Shown: in pieces, positions 11,597-25,476 of the stretch
How positions within the stretch are numbered: position 1 is the first letter of the stretch
Layout: every line of letters starts with the position of its first letter
Origin: Isurus oxyrinchus
Lineage: Eukaryota
Direction of reading: 5' to 3'
NCBI GenBank assembly: GCA_026770705.1
Contig: JANJGN010001648.1
Span: 1-64,000, forward strand
Length of the DNA stretch: 64,000 nucleotides
Translations under genes and position numbers: made by a program
Notes under the pieces: model-generated
The model's input: only the letters and a program-made list of their open reading frames with translations
What the model was told of the DNA's origin: nothing
Database searches by the model: none

Positions 11597-12021
11597 TCAA
11601 CAGTAACCCAGGTTGTGGCTGTTCCAACCTCGAACCGAGGGAGCCACGATGAGCCACGTGGTAGGGCAGCCTTGACGGTCTCCTCTGACCTCATGAAGAG
11701 TTGTGTGTAGAGCGAGAGACAGCAGCAGCAGCAGCCAAGGCAACAGCACCGACGCCTTTAGACCCAGAGGCTGTAACATCGCAAAGTCTCCCAGCCGGTT
11801 GCTTATCAGGCTCCGCAACACAGCAACCTGAGCTCCTGGTAACTGGGCTGCAGGCAACCCCAAGTCAGAGCTGCAGACCGTCCGTCTCTGACGGAGAATG
11901 CGGGAATCCACAGGGGCTGCTGCATTTACTCGAACTGCACGTCTGCAGTGAAGACAGCTCCTCCAGCGGGCCTGCGAAGGCACGTTCTCGAAAACAGAAC
12001 AGTCACTTCCTTGTTGGTAAC
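11597..12021 (-). other. Candidate exon in a unique island; phase-1 frame GYQQGSDCSVFENVPSQ...VLLPWLLLLLSLAL...GYC*
   Basis: Acceptor gcacttttacag|GTTACC at 12022. The frame is open from the acceptor to the stop at 11597, with an in-frame stop just upstream in the putative intron. No homology recognised; may be UTR. Confidence 0.25.
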
Positions 12022-12120
12022 CTGTAAAAGTGCACTATTCTCTATAACTGTACCCCTCTGGAGCAAGTATGTGTGAGGGAGAGCCGGGGAGTTCGATGTC
12101 AGGCTGAGCACGTCAACTGT

Positions 12121-15100
12121 TTCTATTCATTCACAGGATGTGGGTGTCGCTGGCCGGGCCCAGCATTTATTGCCCATCACTAATTGCCCCCCTTGAGAAG
12201 GTGGTGGTGAGCTGCCTTCTTCAGCCGCTGCGGTCCCCGTGTGGTGTAGGTACACCCACAGTGCTGTTAGGGAGGGAGTTCCAGGATTTTGTCCCTGTGG
12301 TGTAGGTACACCCACAGCGCTGTTAGGGAGGGAGTTCCAGGATTTTGTCCCTGTGGTGTAGGTACACCCACAGCGCTGTTAGGGAGGGAGTTCCAGGATT
12401 TTGTCCATGTGGTGTAGGTACACCCACAGCGCTGTTAGGGAGGGAGTTCCAGGATTTTGTCCGTGTGGTGTAGGTACACCCACAGTGCTGTTAGGGAGGG
12501 AGTTCCAGGATTTTGTCCCTGTGGTGTAGGTACACCCACCGTGCTGTTAGGGAGGGAGTTCCAGGATTTTGTCCCGTGTGGTGTAGGTACACCCACAGTG
12601 CTGTTAGGGAGGCAGTTCCAGGATTTTGTCCGTGTGGTGTAGGTACACCCACAGCGCTGTTAGGGAGGGAGTTCCAGGATTTTGTCCCTGTGGTGTAGGT
12701 ACACCCACAGCGCTGTTAGGGAGGCAGTTCCAGGATTTTGTCCCTGTGGTGAAGGTACACCCACAGTGCTGTTAGGGAGGGAGTTCCAGGATTTTGTCCC
12801 TGTGGTGTAGGTACACCCACAGTGCTGTTAGGGAGGCAGTTCCAGGATTTTGTCCCTGTGGTGAAGGTACACCCACAGCGCTGTTAGGGAGGGAGTTCCA
12901 GGATTTTGTCCCTGTGGTGTAGGTACACCCACGGTGCTGTTAGGGAGGGAGTTCCAGGATTTTGTCCATGTGGTGTAGGTACACCCACAGTGCTGTTATG
13001 GAGGGAGTTCCAGGATTTTGTCCCTGTGGTGTAGGTACACCCACAGTGCTGTTAGGGAGGGAGTTCCAGGATTTTGTCCGTGTGGTGTAGGTACACCCAC
13101 AGTGCTGTTAGGGAGGGAGTTCCAGGATTTTGTCCGTGTGGTGTAGGTACACCCACGGCGCTGTTAGGGAGGGAGTTCCAGGATTTTGTCCCCTGTGGTG
13201 TAGGTACACCCACGGCGCTGTTAGGGAGGGAGTTCCAGGATTTTGTCCCTGTGGTGTAGGTACACCCACAGTGCTGTTAGGGACGGAGTTCCAGGATTTT
13301 GTCCCTGTGGTGTAGGTACACCCACAGCGCTGTTAGGGAGGGAGTTCCAGGATTTTGTCCCTGTGGTGTAGGTACACCCACGGCGCTGTTAGGGAGGGAG
13401 TTCCAGGATTTTGTCCCGTGTGGTGTAGGTACACCCACAGTGCTGTTAGGGAGGGAGTTCCAGGATTTTGTCCCTGTGGTGTAGGTACACCCACAGTGCT
13501 GTTAGGGAGGGAGTTCCAGGATTTTGTCCATGTGGTGTAGGTACACCCACAGTGCTGTTAGGGAGGGAGTTCCAGGATTTTGTCCCCGTGTGGTGTAGGT
13601 ACACCCACAGTGCTGTTAGGGAGGGAGTTCCAGGATTTTGTCCCTGTGGTGTAGGTACACCCACAGTGCTGTTAGGGAGGGAGTTCCAGGATTTTGTCCG
13701 TGTGGTGTAGGTACACCCACGGCGCTGATAGGGAGGGAGTTCCAGGATTTTGTCCCCTGTGGTGTAGGTACACCCACGGCGCTGTTAGGGAGGGAGTTCC
13801 AGGATTTTGTCCCTGTGGTGTAGGTACACCCACAGCGCTGTTAGGGAGGGAGTTCCAGGATTTTGTCCCTGTGGTGTAGGTACACCCATGGTGCTGTTAG
13901 GGAGGGAGTTCCAGGATTTTGTCCCTGTGGTGTACGTACACCCACAGTGCTGTTAGGGAGGGAGTTCCAGGATTTTGTCCCTGTGGTGTAGGTACACCCA
14001 CAGTGCTGTTAGGGAGGGAGTTCCAGGATTTTGTCCATGTGGTGTAGGTACACCCACAGCGCTGTTAGGGAGGGAGTTCCAGGATTTTGTCCTTGTGGTG
14101 TAGGTACACCCACAGTGCTGTTAGGGAGGGAGTTCCAGGATTTTGTCCCCGTGTGGTGTAGGTACACCCACAGTGCTGTTAGGGAGGGAGTTCCAGGATT
14201 TTGTCCCTGTGGTGTAGGTACACCCACTGTGCTGTTAGGGAGGGAGTTCCAGGAATTTGTCCATGTGGTGTAGGGACACCCACAGCGCTGTTAGGGAGGG
14301 AGTTCCAGGATTTTGTCCCTGTGGTGTAGGTACACCCACAGCGCTGTTAGGGAGGGAGTTCCAGGATTTTGTCCGTGTGGTGTAGGTACACCCACAGTGC
14401 TGTTAGGGAGGGAGTTCCAGGATTTTGTCCCTGTGTGGTGTAGGTACACCCACCGTGCTGTTAGGGAGGGAGTTCCAGGATTTTGTCCGTGTGGTGTAGG
14501 TACACCCACGGCGCTGTTAGGGAGGGAGTTCCAGGATTTTGTCCCTGTGGTGTAGGTACACTCACAGCGCTGTTAGGGAGGGAGTTCCAGGATTTTGTCC
14601 GTGTGGTGTAGGTACACCCACAGTGCTGTTAGGGAGGGAGTTCCAGGATTTTGTCCGTGTGGTGTAGGTACACCCACGGCGCTGTTAGGGAGGGAGTTCC
14701 AGGATTTTGTCCCTGTGGTGTAGGTACACTCACAGCGCTGTTAGGGAGGGAGTTCCAGGATTTTGTCCCTGTGGTGTAGGTACACCCACAGCGCTGTTAG
14801 GGAGGGAGTTCCAGGATTTTGTCCATGTGGTGTAGGTACACCCACAGCGCTGTTAGGGAGGGAGTTCCAGGATTTTGTCCCTGTGGTGTAGGTACACCCA
14901 CAGCGCTGTTAGGGAGGGAGTTCCAGGATTTTGTCCCGTGTGGTGTAGGTACACCCACAGTGCTGTTAGCGAGGGAGTTCCAGGATTTTGTCCGTGTGGT
15001 GTAGGTACACCCACAGTGCTGTTAGGGAGGGAGTTCCAGGATTTTGTCCGTGTGGTGTAGGTACACCCACAGTGCTGTTAGGGAGGGAGTTCCAGGATTT

Positions 15101-15980
15101 TGACCCAGTGACAGTGAAGGAACGGTGATATATTTCCTAGTCAGGATGGTGAGTGACTTGGAGGGGAACTTCCAGGAGGTGGTGTTCCCATCTATCTGCT
15201 GCCCTTGTCCTTCTAGATGGTAGTGGTCGTGGGTTTGGAAGGTGCTGTCGAAGGAACCTTGGTGAGTTCCTGCAGTGCATCTTGTAGATGGTACACACAC
15301 TGCTGCTACTGTGTGTCGGTGGTGGAGGGAGTGAATGTTTGTGGATGGGGTGCCAGTCAAGCGGGGCTGCTTTGTCCTGGACGGTGTCGAGCTTCTTGAG
15401 TGTTGTGGGAGCTGCACTCACCCAGGCAAGTGGGGAGTATTCCATCACACTCCTGACTTGTGCCTTGTAGATGGTGGACAGACTTTGGGAAGTCAGGAGG
15501 TGAGTTACTCTCCACAGGATTCCCAGCCTCTGACCTGCTCTTGTAGCCACAGTATTTATATGGCTGGTCCCAGTTCAGTTTCTGGTCAATGGTAACCCCC
15601 AGGATGTTGATAGTGGGGGATTCAGTAATGGTGATGCCATTGAACATCAAGGGGCGGTGGTTAGATTCTCTCTTGTTGGGGATGGTCATTGCCTGACACT
15701 TGTGTGGTGTGAATGTTACTTGCCACTTGTCAGCCCAAGCCTGGATATTGTCCAGGTCTTGCTGCATTTGGACATGGACTGCTTCAGTATCTGAGGAGTG
15801 GTGAATGGTGCTGAACATTGTGCAACCATCAGCGAACATCCCCACTTCTGACCTTATGATGGAAGGAAGGTCATTGATGAAGCAGCTGGAGATGGCTGGG
15901 CCGAGGACACTACCCTGAGGAACTCCTGCAGTGATGTCCTGGAGATGAGATGACTGACCTCCAACAACCACAACCGTCTT
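12121..15980 (-). mobile_element. 5'-truncated CR1/L2-group LINE (RT C-terminal half and 3' tail), split by an internal 56-bp array
   Basis: GVPQGSVLGP, FINDLP, MFADG (catalytic DD mutated), QQDLDNIQAWADKWQVTF, YKAQVRSVMEYS, WNSLP. Frameshifted; tail ends at ~12121. Confidence 0.93.
12238..15101. repeat. 56-bp tandem array (~51 copies) derived from LINE sequence
   Basis: Unit GTGGTGTAGGTACACCCACAGTGCTGTTAGGGAGGGAGTTCCAGGATTTTGTCCCT. LINE sequence continues seamlessly on both sides. Confidence 0.98.
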
Positions 15981-16297
15981 TATTTAAACCCACAAAAACT
16001 TGCTGCTGGATTTGAAATTGTCCACTTGCTGGGGGATGAAGGAATGCAAACGCTCCTTCCATTCAAAGGGTTATTGATAAGGAAGAGCCTAGACGGGGGA
16101 TGAGGATCTCAGTGGTTCTCATCCTCCCACAACACAGCATCCCCAGGGCTAAAGCCCCAGGATTGGCAGAATAATAGGTGGATGAAGGGCTGACCTGTGA
16201 GCAGCCTGAAAGTGGGGAGTATCCGTCCCTCAGTGATGGTCAAATAACAATCAGACAGCACCACAGAAGGAGGCAAAGATTAAACTTGAGGAAATAC

Positions 16298-16328
16298 CAT
16301 GCCTGATAGTGACAACCAAGATCGGAGC
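16298..16328 (-). other. Candidate downstream exon of the FCER1G-like gene (APILVVTIRH+G), or start of a terminal exon
   Basis: Acceptor ttttaatctttctgtatcag|GCTCCG and a weak donor ATG|gtattt. A minus-strand AATAAA lies at 15979-15984. No recognisable homology. Confidence 0.25.
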
Positions 16329-16454
16329 CTGATACAGAAAGATTAAAACAAGCTGCTGTTCTCACACAAGACAAGAGCGTTGGGCCAAGATTAATGGCAT
16401 CTCAGAGAACGTGACTGCCAAACACAGAAAATAGCAGCTTTCAGTCAGCTGGTT

Positions 16455-19400
16455 CAGAGTAAATATCGCTCTACACTGTCCCCATCAAACACTCCCAGGA
16501 CAGGTACAGCACAGGGTTAGATACAGAGTAAAGCTCCCTCTACACTGTCCCCATCAAACACTCCCAGGACAGGTACAGCACGGGGTTAGATACAGAGTAA
16601 ATCTCCCTCTACACTGTCCCCATCAAACACTCCCAGGACAGGTACAGCACGGGGTTAGATACAGAGTAAATCTCCCTCTACACTGTCCCCATCAAACACT
16701 CCCAGGACAGGTACAGCACGGGGTTAGATACAGAGTAAATCTCCCTCTACACCGTCCCCATCAAACACTCCCAGGACAGGTACAGCACGGGGTTAGATAC
16801 AGAGTAAATCTCCCTCTACACCGTCCCCATCAAACACTCCCAGGACAGGTACAGCACGGGGTTAGATACAGAGTAAATCTCCCTCTACACTGTCCCCATC
16901 AAACACTCCCAGGACAGGTACAGCACGGTGTTACATACAGAGTAAATCTCCCTCTACACTGTCCCCATCAAACACTCCCAGGACAGGTACAGCACGGGGT
17001 TAGATACAGAGTAAATATCGCTCTACACTGTCCCCAACAAACACTGCCAGGACACATACAGCACGGGGTTAGATACAGAGTAAATCTCCCGCTACACTGT
17101 CCCCAACAAACACTCCCAGGACAGGTACAGCACGGGGTTCGATACAGAGTAAATCTCCCTCTACACTGTCCCCATCAAACACTCCCAGGACAGGTACAGC
17201 ACGGGGTTAGATACAGAGTAAATCTCCGTCTACACTGTCCCCATCAAACACACCCAGGACAGGTACAGCACGGGGTTAGATACAGAGTAAATCTCCGTCT
17301 ACACTGTCCCCATCAAACACTCCCAGGACAGGTACAGCACGGGGTTAGATACAGAGTAAAGCTCCATCTACACTGTCCCCATCAGACACTCACAGGACAG
17401 GTACAGCACAGGATTAGATACAGAGTAAATCTCCCTCTACACTGTCCCCATCAAACAATCCCAGGACAGGTACAGCAAGGTGTTAGATACAGAGTAAATC
17501 TCCCTCGACACTGTCCCCATCAAACACTCCCAGGATAGGTACAGCACGGGGTTAGATACAGAGTAAATCTCCATCTACACTGTCCCCATCAAACACTCCC
17601 AGGACACGTACAGCACGGGGTTAGATACAGAGTAAAGCTCCCTCTACACTGTCTCCATCCAACACTTCCAGGACAGGTACAGCACGGGGTTAGATACAGA
17701 GTAAATCTCCCTCTACACTGTCCCCATCAAACACTCCCAGGACAGGTACAGCACGGGGTTAGATACAGAGTAAATCTACCTCTACACTGTCCCCATCAAA
17801 CACTCCCAGGACAGGTACAGCACGGGGTTAGATACAGAGTAAATCTCCGTCTACACTGTCCCCATCAAACACTCCCAGGACAGGTACAGCACGGGGTTAG
17901 ATACAGAGTAAACCTCCATCTACACTGTCCCCATCAAACACTCCCAGGACAGGTACAGCACAGGATTAGATACAGAGTAAATCTCCCTCTACACTGTCCC
18001 CATCAGACACTCACAGGACAGGTACAGCACGGGGTTAGATACAGAGTAAATCTCCCTCTACACTGTCCCCATCAAACACTCCCAGGACAGGTACAGCACG
18101 GGGTTAGATACAGAGTAAATCTCCATCTACACTGTCCCCATCAAACACTCCCAGGACACGTACAGCACGGGGTTAGATACAGAGTAAAGCTCCCTCTACA
18201 CTGTCTCCATCCAACACTTCCAGGACAGGTACAGCACGGGGTTAGATACAGAATAAATCTCCCTCGACACTGTCCCCATCAAACACTCCCAGGACAGGTA
18301 CGGCACGGGGTTAGATACAGAGTAAATCTACCTCTACACTGTCCCCATCAAACACTCCCAGGACAGGTACAGCACGGGGTTAGATACAGAGTAAAGCACC
18401 CTCTACACTGTCCCCATCAAACACTCCCATGACAGGTACAGCACGGGGTTAGATACAGAGTAAATCTCCCTCTACATTGTCCCCATCAAATACTCCCAGG
18501 ACAGGTACAGAACAGAGTTAGATACAGAGTAATGCTCCCTCTACACTGTCCCCAAAAAACACTCCCAGGACAGGTACAGCACGGGGTTAGATACAGAGTA
18601 AATCTCCCTCTACACTGTCCCCATCAAACACTCCCAGGACAGGTACAGAACAGAGTTATATACAGAATAAATCTCCCTCTACACTGTCCCCATCAAACCC
18701 TCCCAGGACAGGTACAGCACAGGGTTAGATACAGAGTAAATCTCCCTTTACACTGCCCCATCAAACACTCCCAGGACAGGTACAGCACGGGGTTAGATAC
18801 AGAGTAAAGCTCCCCCTACAGTGTCCCCATCAAACACTCCCAGGACAGGTACAGCACGGGGTAAGATACAGAGTAAAGCTCCCCCTACAATGTCCCCATC
18901 AAACACTCCCAGGACAGGTACAGCACGGGTTTAGATACAGAGTAAAGCTCCCTCTACAGTGTCCCCATCAAACACTCCCAGGAGAGGTACAGCACAGTGT
19001 TAGATACAGAGTAAATCTCCCTCTACACTGTCACCTTCAAACACTCCCAGGACAGGTATAGCACCAGGTTAGATACAGAGTAAATCTCCCTCTACACTGT
19101 CCCCATCAAACACTCCCAGGACAGGTACAGCACGGGGTTAGATACAGAGTAAACCTCCCTCTACACTTTCCCCATCACACACTCGCAGGACAGGTACAGC
19201 ACAGAGTGAGATACAGAGTAAATCTCCCTCTACACTGTCCCCATCAAACACTCCCAGGACAGGTACAGCACGGGGTTAGATACAGAGTAAATCTCCCTCT
19301 ACACTGCCCCCATCAAACACTCCCAGGACAGGTACAGCACGGGGTTAGATACAGAGTAAATCTCCCTCTACACTGTCCCCATCAAACACTCCCAGGACAG

Positions 19401-22400
19401 GTACAGCACGGGGTTAGATACAGAATAAATCTCCCTCTACACTGTCCCCATCAAACACTCCCAGGACAGGTACAGCATGGGGTTAGATACAGAGTCAATC
19501 TCCCTCTACACTGACCACATCAAACACTCCCAGCACAGGTACAGCACGGGGTTAGATACAGAGTAAATCTCCCTCTACACTGACCACAGCAAACACTCCC
19601 AGGACAGGTACAGCACGGGGTTAGATACAGAGTAAATCTCCCTCTACACTGTCCCCATCAAACACTCCCAGGACAGGTACAGCACGGGGTTAGATACAGA
19701 GTAAATCTCCCTCTACACTGACCACAGCAAACACACCCAGGACAGGTACAGCACCGGGTTAGATACAGAGTAAAGCTCCCTCTACACTGTCCCCATCAAA
19801 CACTCCCAGGACAGGTACAGCACGGGGTTAGATACAGAGTAAATCTCCCTCTACACTGACCACATCAAACACTCCCAGCACAGGTACAGCACGGGGTTAG
19901 ATACAGAGTAAATCTCCCTCTACACTGACCACAGCAAACACTCCCAGGACAGGTACAGCACGGGGTTAGATACAGAGTAAATCTCCCTCTACACTGTCCC
20001 CATCAAACACTCCCAGGACAGGTACAGCACGGGGTTAGATACAGAGTAAATCTCCCTCTACACTGACCACAGCAAACACACCCAGGACAGGTACAGCACC
20101 GGGTTAGATACAGAGTAAATCTCCCTATACACTGTCCCCATCAAACACTCCCAGGACAGGTACAGCACGGGATTATATACAGAGTAAAGCTCCCTCTACA
20201 CTGTCCCCATCAAACACTCCCAGGACAGGGACAGCACGGGGTTAGATACAGAGTAAAGCTCCCTCTACACTGTACCCATCAAACACTCCCAGGACAGGTA
20301 CAGCACAGGGTTAGATACGGAGTAAATCTCCCTCTACACTGTCCCCATCAAACACTCCCAGGACAGGTACAGCACGGGGTTAGGTACACAGTAAATCTCC
20401 CTCTACACTGTCCCCATCAAACACTCCCAGGACAGGTACAGCACGGGGTTAGGTACACAGTAAATCTCCCTCTACACTGTCCCCATCAAACACTCCCAGG
20501 ACAGGTACAGCATGGGTTTAGATACAGAGTAAATCTCCCTCTACACTGTCCCCATCAAACACTCCCAGGACAGGTACAGCACGGGGTTAGATACAGAGTA
20601 AATCTCCCTCTACACTGTCCCCATCAAACACTCCCAGGACAGGTACAGCACGGGGTTAGATACAGAGTAAATCTCCCTCTACACTGTCCCCATCAAACAC
20701 TCCCAGGACAGGTACAGCACGGGGTTAGACACAGAGTAAATCTCCCTCTACACTGTCCCCATCAAACACTCCCAGGACAGGTACAGCACGGGGTTAGACA
20801 CAGAGTAAAGCTCCCTCTAAACTGTCCCCATCAAACACTCCCAGGACAGGTACAGCACGGGGTTAGACACAGAGTAAAGCTCCCTCTACACTGTCCCCAT
20901 CAAACACTCCCAGGACAGGTACAGCACGGGGTGAGATACAGAGTAAATCTCCCTCTACACTGTCCCCATCAAACACTCCCAGGACGGGTACAGCACGGGG
21001 TTAGATACAGAGTAAATCTCCCTCTACACTGTCCCCATCAAACACTCCCAGGACAGGTACAGCACGGGGTGAGATACAGAGTAAATCTCCCTCTACACTG
21101 TCCCCATCAAACACTCCCAGGACGGGTACAGCACGGGGTTAGATACAGAGTAAATCTCCCTCTACACTGTCCCCATCAAACACTCCCAGGACAGGTACAG
21201 CACGGGGTTAGATACAGAGTAAATCTCCCTCTACACTGTCCCCATCAAACACTCCCAGGACAGGTACAGCACGGGGTTAGATACAGAGTAAATCTCCCTC
21301 TACACTGTCCCCATCAAACACTCCCAGGACAGGTACAGCACGGGGTTAGATACAGAGTAAATCTCCCTCTACACTGTCCCCATCAAACATTCCCAGGACA
21401 GGTACAGCACAGGATTAGATACAGAGTAAATCTCCCTCTACACTGTCCCCATCAATCATTCCCAGGACAGGTACAGCATGGGTTTAGATACAGAGTAAAT
21501 CTCCCTCTACACTGTCCCCATCAAACACTCCCAGGACAGGTACAGCACGGGGTTAGATACAGAGTAAATCTCCCTCTACACTGTCCCCATCAAACACTCC
21601 CAGGACAGGTACAGCACGGAGTTAGATACAGAGTAAATCTCTCTCTACACTGTCCCCATCAAACACTCCCAGGACAGGTACAGCACAGGGTTAGATACAG
21701 AGTAAATCTCCCTCTACACTGTCCCCATCAAACACTCCCAGGACAGGTAAAGCACGGGGTTAGATACAGAGTAAATCTCCCTCTACACTGATCCCATCAA
21801 ACACTCCCAGGACAGGTAAAGCACGGGGTTTGATACAGTGTAAATCTCCCTCTACACTGTCCTCATCAAACACTCCCAGGACAGGTACAGCACGGGGTTA
21901 GATACAGAGTAAAGCTCCCTCTACACTGTCCCCATCAAACACTCCCAGGACAGGTACAGCACGGGGTTAGATACAGTGTAAATCTCTCTCTACACTGTCC
22001 CCATCAAACACTCCCAGGACAGGTACAGCACGGGGTTAGATACAGAGTAAATCTCCCTCTACACTGTCCCCATCAAACACTCCCAGGACAGGTACAGCAC
22101 GGGGTTAGATACAGAGTAAATCTCGCTCTACACTTTCCCAATCAAACATTCCCAGGACAGGTACAGCACGGGGTTAGATACAGAGTAAATCACCATCTCC
22201 ACTGTCCCCATCAAAGACGCCCAGGACAGGTACAGCATGGGGTTAGATACAGAGTAAATCTCCCTCTACACTGTCCCCATCAAACACTCCCAGGACAGGT
22301 ACAGCACGGGGTTAGATACAGAGTAAATCTCCCACTACACTGTCCACATCATACACTCCCAGGACAGGTACAGCACCAGGTTAGATACAGAGTAAATCTA

Positions 22401-24355
22401 CCTCTACACTGTCCCTAATAAACAATCCCAGGACAGGTACAGCACGGGGTTAGATACAGAGTAAATCTCCCTCTACACTGTCCCCATCAAACACTCCCAG
22501 GACAGGTACAGCACGGGGTTAGATACAGAGTAAATCTACCTCTACACTGTCCCTAATAAACAATCCCAGGACAGGTACAGCACGGGGTTAGATACAGAGT
22601 AAATCTACCTCTACACTGTCCCTAATAAACAATCCCAGGACAGGTACAGCACGGGGTTAGATACAGAGTAAATCTCCCTCTGCACTGACCCTAATAAACA
22701 CTCCCAGGACAGGTACAGCACGGGGTTAGATACAGAGTAAATCTCCCTCTACACTGTCCCTAATAAACAATCCCAGGACAGGTACAGCACGGGGTTAGAT
22801 ACAGAGTAAATCTCCCTCTGCACTGACCCTAATAAACACTCCCAGGACAGGTACAGCACGGGGTTAGATACAGAGTAAATCTCCCTCTACACTGCCCCAT
22901 CAAACACTCCCAGGACAGGTACAGCACGGGGTTAGATACAGAGTAAATCTACCTCTACACTGTCCCCATCAAACATTCCCAGGACAGGTACAGTACGGGG
23001 TTAGGTACAGAGTAAATCTCCCTTTACACTGTCCCCATCAAACACTCCCAGGACAGGTACAGCACGGGGTTAGATACAGAGTAAATCTACCTCTACACTG
23101 TCCCCATCAAACACTCCCAGGACAGGTACAGCACGGGGTTAGATACAGTGTAAATCTCCCTCTACACTGTCCCCATCAAACACTCCCAGAACAGGTACAG
23201 CACGGGGTTAGATACAGAGTAAATCTCCCTCTACACTGTCCCCATCAAACATTCCCAGGACAGGTACAGTACGGGGTTAGGTACAGAGTAAATCTCCCTT
23301 TACACTGTCCCCATCAAACACTCCCAGGACAGGTACAGCACGGGGTTAGATACAGAGTAAAGCTCCCTCTACACTGTCCCCATCAAACGCTCCCAGGACA
23401 GGTAGTGCACGGGGTTAGATACAGAGTAAATCTCCCTCTACACTGTCCCCATCAAACACTCCCAGGACAGGTACAGCACGGGGTTAGATACAGAGTAAAT
23501 CTCCCTCTACACTGTCCCCATCAAACACTCCCAGGACAGGTACAGCACGGGGTTAGATACAGAGTAAATCTCCCTCTACACTGTCCCCATCAAACACTCC
23601 CAGGACAGGTACAGCACGGGGTTAGATACAGAGTAAATCTCCCTCTACACTGTCCACATCAAATACTCCCAGGACAGGTACAGCACGGGGTTAGATACAG
23701 AGTAAATCTCCCTCTACACTGTCCCCATCAAACACTCCCAGGACAGGTACAGCACTGGGTTAGATACAGAGTAAAGCTCCCTCTCCACTGTCCCCATCAA
23801 TCACTCCCAGGACAGGTACAGCACGGGGTTAGATACAGAGTAAATCTCCCTCTACACTGTCCCCATCAAACACTCCCAGGACAGGTACATCACGGGGTTA
23901 GATACAGAGTAAATCTCCCTTTACACTGTCCCCAATAAACACTCCCAGGACAGGTACAGCACGGGGTTAGATACAGAGTAAAGCTCCCTCTACACTGTCC
24001 CCATCAAACACTCCCAGGACAGGTACAGCACGGGGTTAGATACAGAGTAAATCTCCCTCTACACTGTCCCCATCAAACACTCCCAGGACAGGTACAGCAC
24101 GGGGTTAGATACAGAGTAAATCTCCCTCTACACTGTCCACATCAAATACTCCCAGGACAGGTACAGCACGGGGTTAGATACAGAGTAATATCCCTCTACA
24201 CTGTCCCCATCAAACACTCCCAGGACAGGTACAGCACGGGGTTAGATACAGAGTAAATCTCCCTCTACACTGTCCCCATCAAACACTGCCAGGACAGGTA
24301 CAGCACGGGGTTAGATACAGAGTAAATCTCCCTCTACACTGACCACAGCAAACAC
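16455..24355. repeat. 69-bp tandem repeat array B, ~114 copies
   Basis: Same unit and orientation as array A, with local variant clusters (ctgaccacagc ~19500-20080; ccctaataaacaatc ~22410-22840). Confidence 0.98.
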
Positions 24356-24432
24356 ACAAAACAGTTTTTAAGAGCATTGCTCTCTTTAGGGTTTCAGGGA
24401 AATTAAGTCTTCATGTTTAAGTTTCTACTCAC

Positions 24433-24507
24433 TGGCATTTCCTTCCGAGATTCCACTTTCCCAGACTTCAGTTCATGGTAAACATCCTTCTGGTTACCTC
24501 GAATTTC
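24433..24507 (-). CDS. FCER1G: FCER1G-like cytoplasmic exon: EIRGNQKDVYHELKSGKVESRKEMP, completes ITAM YEEI-x7-YHEL
   Basis: Minus strand: catttttcag|GAAATTCGA...ATGCCA|gtgagt. 75 nt, phase 0-0, open. If the donor is not used, the frame continues VSRNLNMKT to TAA at 24403-24405. Confidence 0.85.
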
Positions 24508-24534
24508 CTGAAAAATGTACACAGTTTTTTGGCA

Positions 24535-25268
24535 TTAACCCTCTCACCCACCTCTCCCCATTTACACACAATGAGCAGCCTGTTCCCTATCGGAGGGGGA
24601 TTAACCCTCTCACCCACCTCTCCCCATTTACACACACCGGGCAGCCTGTTCCCTATCGGAGGGGGATTAACCCTCTCACCCACCTCTCCCCATTTACACA
24701 CACCGGGCAGCCTGTTCCCTAGTCGATGGGGATTAACCCTCTCACTCACCTCTCCCCATTTACACACACCGGGCAACCTGTTCCCTATTGGAGGGGGATG
24801 TACACTCTAACACACATCTCCACATTTACACACACCGGGCAGCCTGTTCCTTATCGGAGGGGGATTAACCCTCTCACCCACGTATCCCCATTTACACACA
24901 CCGGGCAGCCTGTTCCCCATCGGAGTGGGATTTAACCTCATACCAACCTCTCCCCTTTTACACACACTGGGCAGTCTGTTCCCTTTCGGAGTGGGATTAT
25001 CCCTCTCACCCACCTCTCCCCATTTACACACACCGGGCAGCCTGTTCCCTATCGGAGGGGGATTAACCCTCTCACCCACCTCTCCCCATTTACACACAAT
25101 GGGCAGCCTGTTCCCTATCGGAGGGGGATTAACCCTCTCACCCACCTCTCCCCATTTACACACAGCCTGTTCCCTATCGGAGGGGGATTAACCCTCTCAC
25201 CCACCTCTCCCCATTTACACACACCGGGCAGCCTGTTCCCTATCGGAGGGGGATTAACCCTCTCACCC
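24535..25268. repeat. 66-bp intronic minisatellite, ~11 copies
   Basis: Unit TTAACCCTCTCACCCACCTCTCCCCATTTACACACACCGGGCAGCCTGTTCCCTATCGGAGGGGGA. Confidence 0.97.
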
Positions 25269-25274
25269 AATGGT

Positions 25275-25476
25275 GCCTTCTCTCCTGGAGCAGGGGAGAT
25301 TGAGAGGGGATTCAATCAAGTTGTTTTAAAGGTGGGAGAGTTTCCATCGCTTGCAGGTGGAGAAGCGGTCCCCGGCGGTAGGAGGGTCGGTAACCAGAGG
25401 GTCACAGGTTGAGGAGAATCAGGGTAAAGGACCAGGAGGGCCCGACGAGGACCAGGGCAGATGTCTTCACCCAGCG
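25275..25476 (+). mobile_element. Old CR1 ORF2 C-terminal fragment
   Basis: Degenerate FSPGAGEIER/RLRGDSIK, GGSVTRG(H) and FTQR motifs. Confidence 0.6.

Noticed and set aside
8597-15101. CRISPR-like arrays
   Set aside because: Head-to-tail repeats without unique spacers, no cas genes, eukaryotic context.
5419-23938. Repetitive ORFs (LHCPHQTLPGQVQHGVRYRVN, GGGGSVGRRG, WGCGSVRPQ, WCRYTHS)
   Set aside because: Translations of tandem repeats with frame-breaking indels.
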